Shown here one piece after another: positions 20,261 to 29,362 of a DNA stretch of 56,426 nt. Under the pieces are notes generated by a model. It ran no database searches. It had not been told where the DNA came from and saw only the letters and a program-made list of their open reading frames with translations. Within the stretch, counting starts at the first letter, position 1; every line of letters starts with the position of its first letter. The DNA is from Mycobacteriaceae bacterium (GTDB taxonomy: Bacteria; Actinomycetota; Actinomycetes; Mycobacteriales; Mycobacteriaceae): contig JBDTDI010000158.1 in the NCBI GenBank assembly GCA_039923155.1, forward strand, positions 1-56,426. Direction: 5' to 3'. The position numbers and the translations under genes are program-made.

Positions 20261-21177
20261 GCGTCACCGTGGGCGACCGGGTGTGCGTGCTGGGGGCCGG
20301 GCTGATCGGTGGCTCGGTGATCCGCGCCGCGGCGGCCGCCGGCTGGCAGGTGACGGGGTGGAACCGCGGCCCGGTCGACTCCCCACAGGTCAGCACCGAC
20401 CTGCCTGCGGTCCTCACCGCGGCGGGCGACGACGACGCCCTCGTGCTGCTCGCCGTCCCGATGACCGCGCTGGAGCCCGTGCTGGCCGCGGTGGCCGAGC
20501 ACGCGCCCGGCTGCGCGCTGACCGACGTGGTGAGCGTGAAGGCGCCGGTGGTCGACGCGGTGGCCCGGCGGGGCCTGGGCGCGAGGTACGTGGGTGGGCA
20601 CCCCATGGCCGGCACCTCACGCTCGGGCTGGGACGCCGGGCACGCCGAGCTGTTCCGGGACGCGGCGTGGGTGGTGGCCGCCGACGACGGGTTGGACGCG
20701 GACGTCTGGCGGCGGGTCGCGCGCCTGGCCCTGGACTGCGGGGCGCACGTGGTGCCCGCTGCCGCCACCGAGCACGACGCCGCGGTGGCCCGCATCAGCC
20801 ACCTGCCACACCTGATGGCGGCGGTCCTGGCCAGCGTGGGAGCCGACGGCGGGGCCCTGGCGATGGGCCTCGGCGCGGGCTCGTTCACCGACGGCACCCG
20901 GGTGGCGGGCACCCGGCCCGAGCTCACCCGCGCCATGCTCGAGGCCAACGGCCCGGCCCTGCGCGAGGCGCTGGACGACGCGCTGGGCCGTCTCGGCGCG
21001 GCGCGGGGGGCACTGACCTCGACCGGGTCGGTGGGCGCGACGATCATCGACGGCCACGATGCGCGCGCGTTGTTCGTCGACCACGAGCGCTTCGACATCA
21101 CCGGGGTGGCACTGCACGACCTGCGGGCGCTGCGGGAGGCCGGGCGGGCCGGCGGGGTGCTGCGCACGCTGGACTGA
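20257..21177 (+). CDS. tyrA: Prephenate dehydrogenase
   Basis: VCVLGAGLIGGS, TDVVSVK, GGHPMAG, HDAAVARISHLPH, GSFTDGTRVA; GTGA overlap with the upstream gene. Confidence 0.9.
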   Translation: MSVTVGDRVCVLGAGLIGGSVIRAAAAAGWQVTGWNRGPVDSPQVSTDLPAVLTAAGDDDALVLLAVPMTALEPVLAAVAEHAPGCALTDVVSVKAPVVDAVARRGLGARYVGGHPMAGTSRSGWDAGHAELFRDAAWVVAADDGLDADVWRRVARLALDCGAHVVPAAATEHDAAVARISHLPHLMAAVLASVGADGGALAMGLGAGSFTDGTRVAGTRPELTRAMLEANGPALREALDDALGRLGAARGALTSTGSVGATIIDGHDARALFVDHERFDITGVALHDLRALREAGRAGGVLRTLD

Positions 21178-21189
21178 GCGCGCGCGAGG

Positions 21190-22560
21190 ATGGACGGCGT
21201 GGAACTGCGCGAGCTCGCCATGGACCTGCGCTCCGGCGCCCTCACCCCCACCGAGCACGTCGAGCGGGTGCTTTCTGCGCTCGACGCGCTCAGCGGCACC
21301 CCGCACGCCAACCTCGCCGTCAGCCGCGACGACGACCGCGCGCGGGCGGACGCCCAGCGGGCGGACGACCAGATCTCGGCCGGGGGTTGGCTCGGCCCGC
21401 TGCACGGGGTGGCGGTCGCGGTGAAGGACAACATCGACGTGGCCGGGCTGCCCACCCGCGCCGGCAGTGCCGTCCTCGCCGACGCGCCCCCCGCCGCCGC
21501 GGACGCCGCGGTGGTGGCGAGACTGCGGGCCGCGGGGGCCGTCGTGGTGGCCAAGACGCACCTGCACGAGCTGGCCTACGGACCCACCGGTGCGGTCAGC
21601 GCCGACGGCCCGGCGCGGCATCCCACCGACCCCGACCGCATCACCGGCGGCAGCTCGTCGGGCTCGGCCGCCCTCGTCGCGCTCGGTGTCGTCGCCCTTG
21701 CCGTGGGCACCGACACCGGGTGCAGCGTGCGGACCCCGGCCTCGTTGTGCGGGGTGGTGGGGCTCAAGCCGACCCTCGGTGCGCTGCCCACCACCGGGGT
21801 GCTGCCGCTGTCGACGACGCTGGACCACGTGGGCGTGCTGACCGCGGACGTGCACGGCGCTGCGGTGGCGTGGGACGTCCTCGCGCGCGGCGAGGAGGGC
21901 ACCGGGGGCGGCATCCAGGCCCCCGGGGTGGCCGGACTGCGCATCGGGCTGCCCACCGGTGCGATGTTCAGGGTGCTGGACCCGGCGATCAGCGAGGCGG
22001 TACAGGCCGCCGCGGCCACCCTGCGCCGCGGCGGGGCCGACGTGGTCGAGGTCGAGGTGGACGACGTCGAGGCGCTGGCCGCCACCTACCCGGTCATCGT
22101 GGGCGCCGAGGCGTACGCCACCCACGCGGCGGAGCTGGCCGAGCACCCGGAGCGGTTCCAGGCCCTCACCCTCGAGCGGCTGCGCGCGCAGGCCCCCATC
22201 ACGGCGCTGGAGTACCTCACCGCGCTGCGCACCCGGGCACGCCTGCGGGCCGCCATCCTGCACACCCTGGGCCGCACGTTCGGGCTGCACGCGCTGTTGA
22301 CGGCGAGCACGCCGCTGCGGGCCACCCGCCTGGAGGAGTCCACGCACGCCGGGGAGGACGTGCGGGGTGCACTGCTGCGCCTGGGCATTCCGTTCAGCGT
22401 GCTGGGGGTTCCGGCGGTCAGCGTGCCTGCGCCCACCGTGGCCGGGTCCACTGCGGGGTTTGCGCCCGGGTCTGCGGGCGGGCTCCCGATCGGCCTGCAG
22501 GTCGCTGGGGTGAGCCTCGAGGAACGTGGGGTGCTGCGCGTCGCGGCGGCGATCAGCTGA
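21190..22560 (+). CDS. Amidase signature family protein
   Basis: GPLHGVAVAVKDNID, GGSSSGSAA, GTDTGCSVRTPA. Confidence 0.92.
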   Translation: MDGVELRELAMDLRSGALTPTEHVERVLSALDALSGTPHANLAVSRDDDRARADAQRADDQISAGGWLGPLHGVAVAVKDNIDVAGLPTRAGSAVLADAPPAAADAAVVARLRAAGAVVVAKTHLHELAYGPTGAVSADGPARHPTDPDRITGGSSSGSAALVALGVVALAVGTDTGCSVRTPASLCGVVGLKPTLGALPTTGVLPLSTTLDHVGVLTADVHGAAVAWDVLARGEEGTGGGIQAPGVAGLRIGLPTGAMFRVLDPAISEAVQAAAATLRRGGADVVEVEVDDVEALAATYPVIVGAEAYATHAAELAEHPERFQALTLERLRAQAPITALEYLTALRTRARLRAAILHTLGRTFGLHALLTASTPLRATRLEESTHAGEDVRGALLRLGIPFSVLGVPAVSVPAPTVAGSTAGFAPGSAGGLPIGLQVAGVSLEERGVLRVAAAIS

Positions 22561-22584
22561 GGGCGGGCGGGCCGCGCCCCCCGG

Positions 22585-23175
22585 TCAGCGCCGGCGGGCG
22601 AGGCCGGGGTAGTCGAGCACGAAGCCTTCGGGGTCGACGGTGAGCTCCACCTCTCCCCGCGGCGTCGTCGAGGTGATCTGCCCTGCCACCGAGCGGTAGT
22701 GCTCCGTCTCGCCCGTGACGGTGAGCTCGGGCAGGGCGACGTAGACCACGGGCAGGTCGAGGTCGACGTCGACCGTGCTCATCGACAGTCGACGCACCGC
22801 GATGGTGTTGAACAACGGGCTCAGGGCCACGTCCACGTCCACGGCGCCGCCGTAGGACAGCCGCTGCGCACCGCGGCCGTCGTCGACCAGCCAGAAGCCC
22901 TCGGTGTCGCGCTTGAGCGCCATCTCGTGCTCGCCGGACAACGTGGTCGTGCGCAGGCTCAGCCGACGGGTGACGCCCTCGTCGTCGACCACGAGGTCGT
23001 AGGAGGAGCTGAACGCGGGGTGCGCCGACGTCTCCGCGGCGACGATCCCGCCGGAGGCCTTCACGCCACGGGGGCCCAGCTGCACCCGGACGCTCTCGAC
23101 CCGGGCCGCGTCATCGCTGGTCCAGCTCAACATCACGGTCCGACGGGACGTGGAAAGGGTTTCGGCCTGGGTCAC
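22585..23175 (-). CDS. Putative glycolipid-binding domain protein (Rv3755c-like)
   Basis: ESVRVQL, DVDVALSPLFNTIAVRRL, VDPEGFVLDYPGLA; conserved position after tyrA. Confidence 0.82.
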   Translation of the reverse strand: MTQAETLSTSRRTVMLSWTSDDAARVESVRVQLGPRGVKASGGIVAAETSAHPAFSSSYDLVVDDEGVTRRLSLRTTTLSGEHEMALKRDTEGFWLVDDGRGAQRLSYGGAVDVDVALSPLFNTIAVRRLSMSTVDVDLDLPVVYVALPELTVTGETEHYRSVAGQITSTTPRGEVELTVDPEGFVLDYPGLARRR

Positions 23176-23248
23176 CCCGACACCGTAAACGACGGTGCCG
23201 CCCCCTGCGCGGGGCCGGGTGGTGACGGGGCCCGGGGTGGGGAAGTGC

Positions 23249-23324
23249 TGGTGCGCCCGAAGGGATTCGAACCCCTAACCTCCTGATCCGTAGTCAGGTG
23301 CTCTATCCGTTGAGCTACGGGCGC
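23249..23324 (-). tRNA. tRNA-Arg(ACG)
   Basis: Minus strand gcgcccgtagctcaacggatagagca-cctga-ctACGga-tcagg...ggttcgaatcc...cgggcgcACCA. Confidence 0.97.
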
Positions 23325-23362
23325 GTGTTCAGTTGTGCCGGTTCGAGCTGACACCGACCGAG

Positions 23363-23453
23363 CGGAGGCTCCGGGATTCGAACCCGGGATGGGGTTGAAG
23401 CCCCAAACCGCATTAGCAGTGCGGCGCCATAGACCAGACTAGGCGAAGCCTCC
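23363..23453 (-). tRNA. tRNA-Ser(GCT)
   Basis: Minus strand ggaggct...ccgca-ctGCTaa-tgcgg...gttcgaatc...agcctccg; CCA not encoded. Confidence 0.96.
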
Positions 23454-23579
23454 CGGGCAGATGGAGCACGGCCCGAAAGCCGCAGAGCGTGGCCTCGCGG
23501 CCACCGGGTGGGAAGGTTACACGGCGTCCTCGGCGCGCTCCAAACGCAGGCGCCGCGCACCCCTTCCACCTGCCCCGCG

Positions 23580-25388
23580 TCATCGGCGCAGCAGCCGCAG
23601 CAGCACCGGTGGCCGCCCCCCGAAACCTTCGGCCTCCATCACGGCCAGGCCGATCCGCGGCAGGTCCCGGCCGCTCGGGTACGCCAGGTAGCGGGGCACC
23701 CAGCGGGGCGCGAACTTGTCGTTGAAGCGGTACAGGCTCTCGATCTGCCACCACCGTGATCCCCAGCGCAGCACGGCGGCCCAGATCCGGGCCACCGGGC
23801 CGGCCCCGATCCGCTCACCCCGCTCCAGGGCGGCGCGGAACACCGCGAAGTTCAACGACACCCGGTGCACGCCGAGCTCGGCGGCGGCCTGGACGACCCC
23901 GGTGATCAGCAGCTCGTTGACCCCGTTGTCGCTGTCGCGGTCGCGCAGCATGGCGTCCAGCGAGAGGCCGTCGGCCCCCCAGGGCACGAAGTGCAGCAAC
24001 CCCCGGACCACCGGCTCGGGCGCAGCGCCGTCCTCGAGCGCCGCCGTCCCCGGCTCGCCCACCTGCTCGGCCGTCGCGAGCACGCAGGCCGGGTCGACCC
24101 CGATGCGACCCAGCGCCATGGAGAAGCCCCGTTCCGGTTCGGTGCCCCGCCAGAGGTGGGCCAGCGCCACCAGCCGGGCCCGCTCGGGCTCGTCGATGTC
24201 GGCGACCCTGCGGACCCGAACCCGGTAGCCGGCCCGCTCGAGCCGCCCGACGGCCTGGCGCACCCCACGCATGGAACGCCCCTGCAGGGTGAAGCTGGCG
24301 GTGTCGAGCACCGCCTCGTCGCCGACCTCCAGCGCCCGCAGGCCGTGCCGGGCCCAGGTGCGCGCTCCGGCCTCCGAGCAGCCCAGCACCGCGGGGGTCC
24401 AGCCGTTGTCGGCGCAACGGGCGAGGAAGACCTCCATCGCCCCGCCCCACGCCTCGGGGTCACCCAGCGGGTCGCCGCTGGCCAGTGCGACCCCGGCCAG
24501 CGGACGGTAGGTGAGCGCGGACTTGCCCGAGGAGGAGAAGACGACCGACTTGTCCCCGCGCAGCGCGAAGTACCCGAGAGAGTCCGAGGAGGCGTCGGAG
24601 CCCGAGGTGGCACCCCTGCTCAGCAGCTCGCGCACCCCGCCTTCCTCTGCGGGCGTGAGTGCACCGGGAGGCTCCTGGGTGCGCAGCAGGAAGTAGAGCA
24701 CCGCCCCGAGGGTGGCCAGGCCGAAGCCGAGGCCGATGCCGGCGACCAGGTCGTCGAGGAAGTCGCCCCGGAACCGCACCGGGCCAGCCACCCCCACCAG
24801 GGCCAGCCCGGCCTGTTGCACCCGCTCCCCCAGCGACGGGTGGTCGAGCTGCTGCCGACCGCCGACCAGCAGTGCCACCAGGTTGCCGAGGAAACCCAGG
24901 ACCAGCAGCTGCACCCCGACCCGGACCGCGGCGCTGCGCCCGCCGGGGTCCGGTCGGGCCCGGAAGCGCCTGCGGGTACCCAGCAGCGCCGCCAGCAGCG
25001 CCAGGGACGCGAACAGGGCCAGGAACTCCCTGGGGTGCAGGACGTGGGACACCAGCAGCACCGAGGTCAGGGCGGTGCTGGCCCACCAGGCGTTGCGCTT
25101 GCGGCGACGCAGCCCGGACGCGAGCAGCAGCAGGGCCGCTCCGGTGACCAAGGTCGTCGTGATCGCTACTGCGGTCACCTTCTCCGGCAGACCCAACCAG
25201 TCCGTCACCGAGTCGCCCAGCCGCGCCCGGGCGCGACCCACTGGCAGCAGCACCGACAGCACCGCCGCGAGCCCGGTCAGCCGGGCCACCAGGGTGACGA
25301 CCGCCACGGTGCGCTCACCGTCGGGCACCCAGCGCGCCACCGGCGCGAGCACAGCGGGGAGGCGAGCGGCGCTCGACGTGGACTGCAC
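23580..25388 (-). CDS. MprF/LysX-like phosphatidylglycerol aminoacyltransferase domain protein (DUF2156), without LysRS domain
   Basis: Hydrophobic N-half, then DSLGYFALRGDK, ASGDPLGDPEAW, ERGFSMALGR, SLNFAVFR, QIESLYRFNDKF. Confidence 0.88.
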   Translation of the reverse strand: MQSTSSAARLPAVLAPVARWVPDGERTVAVVTLVARLTGLAAVLSVLLPVGRARARLGDSVTDWLGLPEKVTAVAITTTLVTGAALLLLASGLRRRKRNAWWASTALTSVLLVSHVLHPREFLALFASLALLAALLGTRRRFRARPDPGGRSAAVRVGVQLLVLGFLGNLVALLVGGRQQLDHPSLGERVQQAGLALVGVAGPVRFRGDFLDDLVAGIGLGFGLATLGAVLYFLLRTQEPPGALTPAEEGGVRELLSRGATSGSDASSDSLGYFALRGDKSVVFSSSGKSALTYRPLAGVALASGDPLGDPEAWGGAMEVFLARCADNGWTPAVLGCSEAGARTWARHGLRALEVGDEAVLDTASFTLQGRSMRGVRQAVGRLERAGYRVRVRRVADIDEPERARLVALAHLWRGTEPERGFSMALGRIGVDPACVLATAEQVGEPGTAALEDGAAPEPVVRGLLHFVPWGADGLSLDAMLRDRDSDNGVNELLITGVVQAAAELGVHRVSLNFAVFRAALERGERIGAGPVARIWAAVLRWGSRWWQIESLYRFNDKFAPRWVPRYLAYPSGRDLPRIGLAVMEAEGFGGRPPVLLRLLRR

Positions 25389-25441
25389 CCCTTGAGTGTC
25401 CCACCGCTGGGGTGGGGTGGGCCCGCACTAGGCTCGCCGTC

Positions 25442-26491
25442 GTGACGGCGCGCACCCGACCCGACCTCGACGAGCTCCCGAGCTACGTGCCCGGCCGTTC
25501 CGCGCCGGGGGCGGTGAAGCTCGCCAGCAACGAGGTGTCTGCGCCTCCGCTGCCCAGCGTGGTCCAGGCGATAGTGACGGCCGCGGCCGGGGTGAACCGC
25601 TACCCGGACACGGCCTCGACGGCGCTGGCGAACGAGCTCGCGCGGCGGCTCGAGGTCGATCCCGCTCAGGTCGTCGTGGGCAACGGCTCGGTCAGCCTCT
25701 GCCAGCAGCTCGTGGCCGCCACCTGCTCCGACGGTGACGAGGTGGTGTTCGCGTGGCGCTCGTTCGAGGCCTATCCGCTGGTCGTGCGAGGGGTGGGCGC
25801 GGTTCCGGTGACGGTGCCGCTCACCGCCACCCACGGCCACGACCTCGACGCCATGCTCGCCGCCATCGGCCCGCGCACCCGCCTGGTGTTCGTCTGCAAC
25901 CCCAACAACCCGACCTCGACCGTGGTCCGCTCCGACGAGCTGAACCGCTTCCTGGACGCCGTGCCCGGTGAGGTGCTGGTGGTGCTGGACGAGGCGTACA
26001 CCGAGTTCGTGCGGGACGGCGACGTTCCCGACGGGATTGCGTTGACCCGTGGGCGGGACAACGTGGCGGTGCTGCGGACGTTCTCCAAGGCCTACGGCCT
26101 GGCCGGGCTGCGGGTGGGCTACACGGTGGCCCCGGTGCCGGTGGCGGCAGCGGTGCGCAAGGTGGGGGTGCCGTTCGGGGTGAGCGGGGTGGCGCAGGCC
26201 GCCGCACTCGCGTGCCTCGACGCCGCCGACGAGCTGTTGGCACGCTGCGACGACCTGGTTCTCGAGCGGGACCGTGTGCGGACGGCGCTGGTCGGGGCCG
26301 GCTACGACGTGCCGACGAGCGAGGCGAACTTCCTCTGGCTGCCGGTCGGGGAGGGTGCGCTGGATCTGGCGCAGCGGTGCGCGGACGGCGGGGTGCTGGT
26401 GCGGGCCTTCGCCGGCGCCGGGGTGCGGGTCAGCACGGGGACGCGGGCGGAGAACGACGCCTTCCTGAGGGCGCTGGACATTTCCTGCTGA
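25442..26491 (+). CDS. pat: Histidinol-phosphate/aromatic amino acid aminotransferase (Rv3772-like)
   Basis: KLASNE, NRYPD, CNPNNPT, DEAYTEF, RTFSKAYGLAGLRVGY. Confidence 0.9.
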   Translation: MTARTRPDLDELPSYVPGRSAPGAVKLASNEVSAPPLPSVVQAIVTAAAGVNRYPDTASTALANELARRLEVDPAQVVVGNGSVSLCQQLVAATCSDGDEVVFAWRSFEAYPLVVRGVGAVPVTVPLTATHGHDLDAMLAAIGPRTRLVFVCNPNNPTSTVVRSDELNRFLDAVPGEVLVVLDEAYTEFVRDGDVPDGIALTRGRDNVAVLRTFSKAYGLAGLRVGYTVAPVPVAAAVRKVGVPFGVSGVAQAAALACLDAADELLARCDDLVLERDRVRTALVGAGYDVPTSEANFLWLPVGEGALDLAQRCADGGVLVRAFAGAGVRVSTGTRAENDAFLRALDISC

Positions 26492-26495
26492 GCTG

Positions 26496-26581
26496 CGGAA
26501 GCGGAGGGATTTGAACCCCCGGACCGGTTTAGGGTCTCTCGCTTTCAAGGCGAGTGCATTAGGCCGCTCTGCCACGCTTCC
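26496..26581 (-). tRNA. tRNA-Ser(TGA)
   Basis: Minus strand ggaagcg...ctcgc-ctTGAaa-gcgag...gttcaaatc...cgcttccg; CCA not encoded. Confidence 0.96.
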
Positions 26582-26625
26582 GCCGCCGATCGTATCGGCC
26601 GTGTCCCGCGGGGCGGTCGCTGGCG

Positions 26626-27150
26626 TCAGTTGTCCTGCAGGGCCTTGTCGACCCGGCTGAACACCCCCATGAGCACGCGTCGCTCGGCCGGGCTGAGCTG
26701 GTCCACCAGGTGCTTGCGCACGCTCGCGACGTGGCCGGGCGCAACCTCGGTCAGGGTGGCGCGGCCATGGTCGGTGAGCACGGCCAGCACTCCACGCCCG
26801 TCGGAGGGGCAGTCCTGGCGACGCACCAGCTGCTGGGCCTCGAGGCGGCGCACCTGGTGGGTGAGGCGGCTGCGGGAGGAGACGATGCCCTCGGCCAGCT
26901 CGCTCATCCGCAGCGCCCCGGTGGGCGACTCGCTGAGGTTCACCAGGATCCGGTAGTCGTCCAGGCTCAGTCCGGTCGCGTCCAGCAGCTCACGGTTCAG
27001 GGTGCCCAGCAGGCGCTGGCTGCCGTTGATGAACGCCCGCCAGGCCGCCGACTCCTCGGCGTCGAGCCACGGGACCGACCCCGCGTCGGTCGCTGCGTCC
27101 GCACTCACGGCGGACGTAGCCCCCTCTTCGGCACCAACGGTCACAGACAT
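26626..27150 (-). CDS. MarR family transcriptional regulator
   Basis: WLDAEESAAWRAF, LRMSELA, SRSRLTHQVRRLE, DGRGVLAVLT. Confidence 0.92.
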   Translation of the reverse strand: MSVTVGAEEGATSAVSADAATDAGSVPWLDAEESAAWRAFINGSQRLLGTLNRELLDATGLSLDDYRILVNLSESPTGALRMSELAEGIVSSRSRLTHQVRRLEAQQLVRRQDCPSDGRGVLAVLTDHGRATLTEVAPGHVASVRKHLVDQLSPAERRVLMGVFSRVDKALQDN

Positions 27151-27187
27151 GGTCGAAGGCTAAACGACACCGTGGCCCGGGGCGCGT

Positions 27188-28369
27188 CTAGTGACGGTCC
27201 GGGGCGAGGACGGTGGCGTCGATGTCGCTGACCCGGGCGAGCCCGGCCATGGCCATGGTGAGGTCCAGGTCCGCCAGCAGGCAGCGCAGGGCGTGCAGCA
27301 CCCCGGCCCGCCCGGCCAGTCCCAGCCCGTACACCCACGGACGTCCGGTGAGCACCGCGTCGGCTCCGAGCGCGAGTGCCACGACGACGTCGGCCCCGCA
27401 GCGGATCCCTGAGTCGAGCAGGACGGTGCTGCGCTGCCCGACCGCGGCCGCGACCGGGCCGAGCGCGTCCAGCGCCGCCACCGCGCCGTCCACCTGTCGT
27501 CCGCCGTGGTTGCTGACCACCACCCCGTCGGCGCCCGCCTCGACGACGGCCCGCGCGTCGTCGGGGTGCAGCACCCCCTTGACCAGCACCGGCAGGGTCG
27601 TCCACTCCTTGAGGCGGGCGATGTCCGCGGGGCGGATCGTGTGGTTGCCGAACATGCCGAGCCAGGTCAGCACGGCCATCTGCAGCGCCTCGGGGCTCTC
27701 CTCCGGTGCGGCGGCCAGCCGGCTGCGGAACACCGGGTCGGACAGGTAGTTGGCGATGCCCTGCGCGCGCAGGAACGGCAGGTGCCCGAGCTCCAGGTCA
27801 CGGGGGCGCCAACCCATGCCGGGGGTGTCGGCGGTGACGACCACCGCACCGGCCCCGGCCCGCTCCGCGCGCTGCACGAACGAGCGGGCGACCTCCTCGT
27901 CGGCGGGCCAGTACAGCTGGTACCACCAGGTCCCGGCCGCTGCGGTGGCCACCTCCTCCATCGGGGTGGACGCGGCGGTGGAGACGACCGCAGCGATCCC
28001 CAGCTCGGTGGCCGCCGACGCGACGGCAGGTTCCGCGTCGGGGTGCACCAGCCCCAGCACGCCGATGGGGGCAGTGAGCACCGGGGCCGTCAACGTGGTG
28101 CCCAGCACGGTGGTGCTCAGGTCCCGGGAGCCGGGGGCGGCCGTCCCCCGCCACATCCGGGGGACGATGCGGTGCGCGGCGAAAGCGGCGACGTTGGCGC
28201 GCGCGGTGCGCTCGGTGGACGCGCTGCCCGCGACGTAGCCGAACGCCTCGGGGCTGAGGTGCTCGCGGGCGGCGGCCTCGAGCCCGTCGGCGGTCATCGG
28301 GAGCTCCGGTCGGGTACCCCTGAGCCCGGCCAGGTAGATCTCGTTCTGCAGGTCTCCGAAGCTGCTCAC
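27188..28369 (-). CDS. FMN-dependent alpha-hydroxy-acid oxidase (lactate 2-monooxygenase-like)
   Basis: YQLYW, VKGVLHPDDA, VSNHGGRQVDG, DSGIRCGAD. Confidence 0.92.
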   Translation of the reverse strand: MSSFGDLQNEIYLAGLRGTRPELPMTADGLEAAAREHLSPEAFGYVAGSASTERTARANVAAFAAHRIVPRMWRGTAAPGSRDLSTTVLGTTLTAPVLTAPIGVLGLVHPDAEPAVASAATELGIAAVVSTAASTPMEEVATAAAGTWWYQLYWPADEEVARSFVQRAERAGAGAVVVTADTPGMGWRPRDLELGHLPFLRAQGIANYLSDPVFRSRLAAAPEESPEALQMAVLTWLGMFGNHTIRPADIARLKEWTTLPVLVKGVLHPDDARAVVEAGADGVVVSNHGGRQVDGAVAALDALGPVAAAVGQRSTVLLDSGIRCGADVVVALALGADAVLTGRPWVYGLGLAGRAGVLHALRCLLADLDLTMAMAGLARVSDIDATVLAPDRH

Positions 28370-29031
28370 GTCGGTGAACCTAGCCCGAGCTGACCGCGGC
28401 AGGCCTCCATTCCGTGCACCTGGAGCGCCCAGGGCGGCGCACGAAGGTCTCGGGCCTCACCACCAACCGTCGCTCCGGCACTGCTTGCCCGGCGCAGCTG
28501 CACCGTGGTGCCGTCGTCGACGTAGCCCAGCTTGCGGCTCACGCCCAGCGAGGCGGGGTTGTCACCGAAGGCCTCCGAGCGGGCGGTGTGGGCCCCGAGG
28601 TGGTCGAAGGCCAGCAGCAGCACAGCCGCCCGCATCTCGGTGCCCAGGCCACGGCCCTGGTGGGTGCGCCCCAGCCACGACCCGGACGAGACCTCGCGCC
28701 GCACGAGAAAGTGCTGCGCGTGCAGCTCCTGGGTGCCGATCACCCGTCCGTCCGTGCGGACCAGGCAGTTCACGTGCCAGTCCTCGGGCACGAGACCGGC
28801 GCGGGCAGACCAGAAGTAGCGCATCGTGTTCGGGGCGAGCTCCTCGGGTGGGGCGTCGGTCCACAGGCTCAGGAACGGCATGGTGTTCGGGTCGTGGATC
28901 CCTTTCCTCGCCACCTCGACGAGCTCGGCCAGTCCCGCGTCGTCGTCCGGGCGCAGCTCGACGCGGGGGGTGCGCAGGGTCAGGTTGCGCAGGGGCCAGG
29001 GGTCACGGTGCGGGTCGGTCTGCTCGCTCAC
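28366..29031 (-). CDS. GNAT (RimJ/RimL-like) acyltransferase
   Basis: Start GTG 29031; WPLRNLTLRTPRVELRP, SGSWLGRTHQGRGLGTEMRAAVL, DNPASLGVSRKLGY. Confidence 0.88.
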   Translation of the reverse strand: MSEQTDPHRDPWPLRNLTLRTPRVELRPDDDAGLAELVEVARKGIHDPNTMPFLSLWTDAPPEELAPNTMRYFWSARAGLVPEDWHVNCLVRTDGRVIGTQELHAQHFLVRREVSSGSWLGRTHQGRGLGTEMRAAVLLLAFDHLGAHTARSEAFGDNPASLGVSRKLGYVDDGTTVQLRRASSAGATVGGEARDLRAPPWALQVHGMEACRGQLGLGSPT

Positions 29032-29100
29032 CGGGACGATGGTGGTGGGTCCGGTCGCCGAAGTCGACCGGTTTCGGCCCCAGCTGCACTTGATGTTCGA

Positions 29101-29205
29101 GCTGCTTTTCTCTGCACGCACCGGTGCACCGGCCGTCGTCGTCGAGCCGCCCTGGGGGTCGGCTCGGGCCGGGGTGGTGCAGCCGGGCCCGCAGAGAAAA
29201 GCGGC
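29101..29205. repeat. ~105-nt nested inverted repeat between divergent genes
   Basis: gctgcttttctctgc pairs with gcagagaaaagcggc (14/15); inner ccggtgcacc/ggtgcagccgg and cgagccg/cggctcg stems. Confidence 0.7.
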
Positions 29206-29362
29206 CGACGCACGAGTAGCCGCACAGGCACAGGCACACGTCACCGACAGAACCGGGGAGCGGGGTCCGGGGTGGGCCGGGTCGGGGCACGTCGGACCCG
29301 GTTGTCCACAGGCCGCCGAACTCAACCGCTGACCGTCGCCGGCCCACCGCAGGGTGGACACC

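Noticed and set aside
14838-26581. Integrative element at one of the five tRNA genes
   Set aside because: No integrase, transposase or duplicated tRNA 3' end was seen. Clustering of the four tRNA-Ser genes with tRNA-Arg(ACG) here is ordinary for this group.
29085-29100. LexA/SOS box upstream of the GNAT and XRE genes
   Set aside because: Only the GTTCGA half-site matches TCGAAC-N4-GTTCGA.
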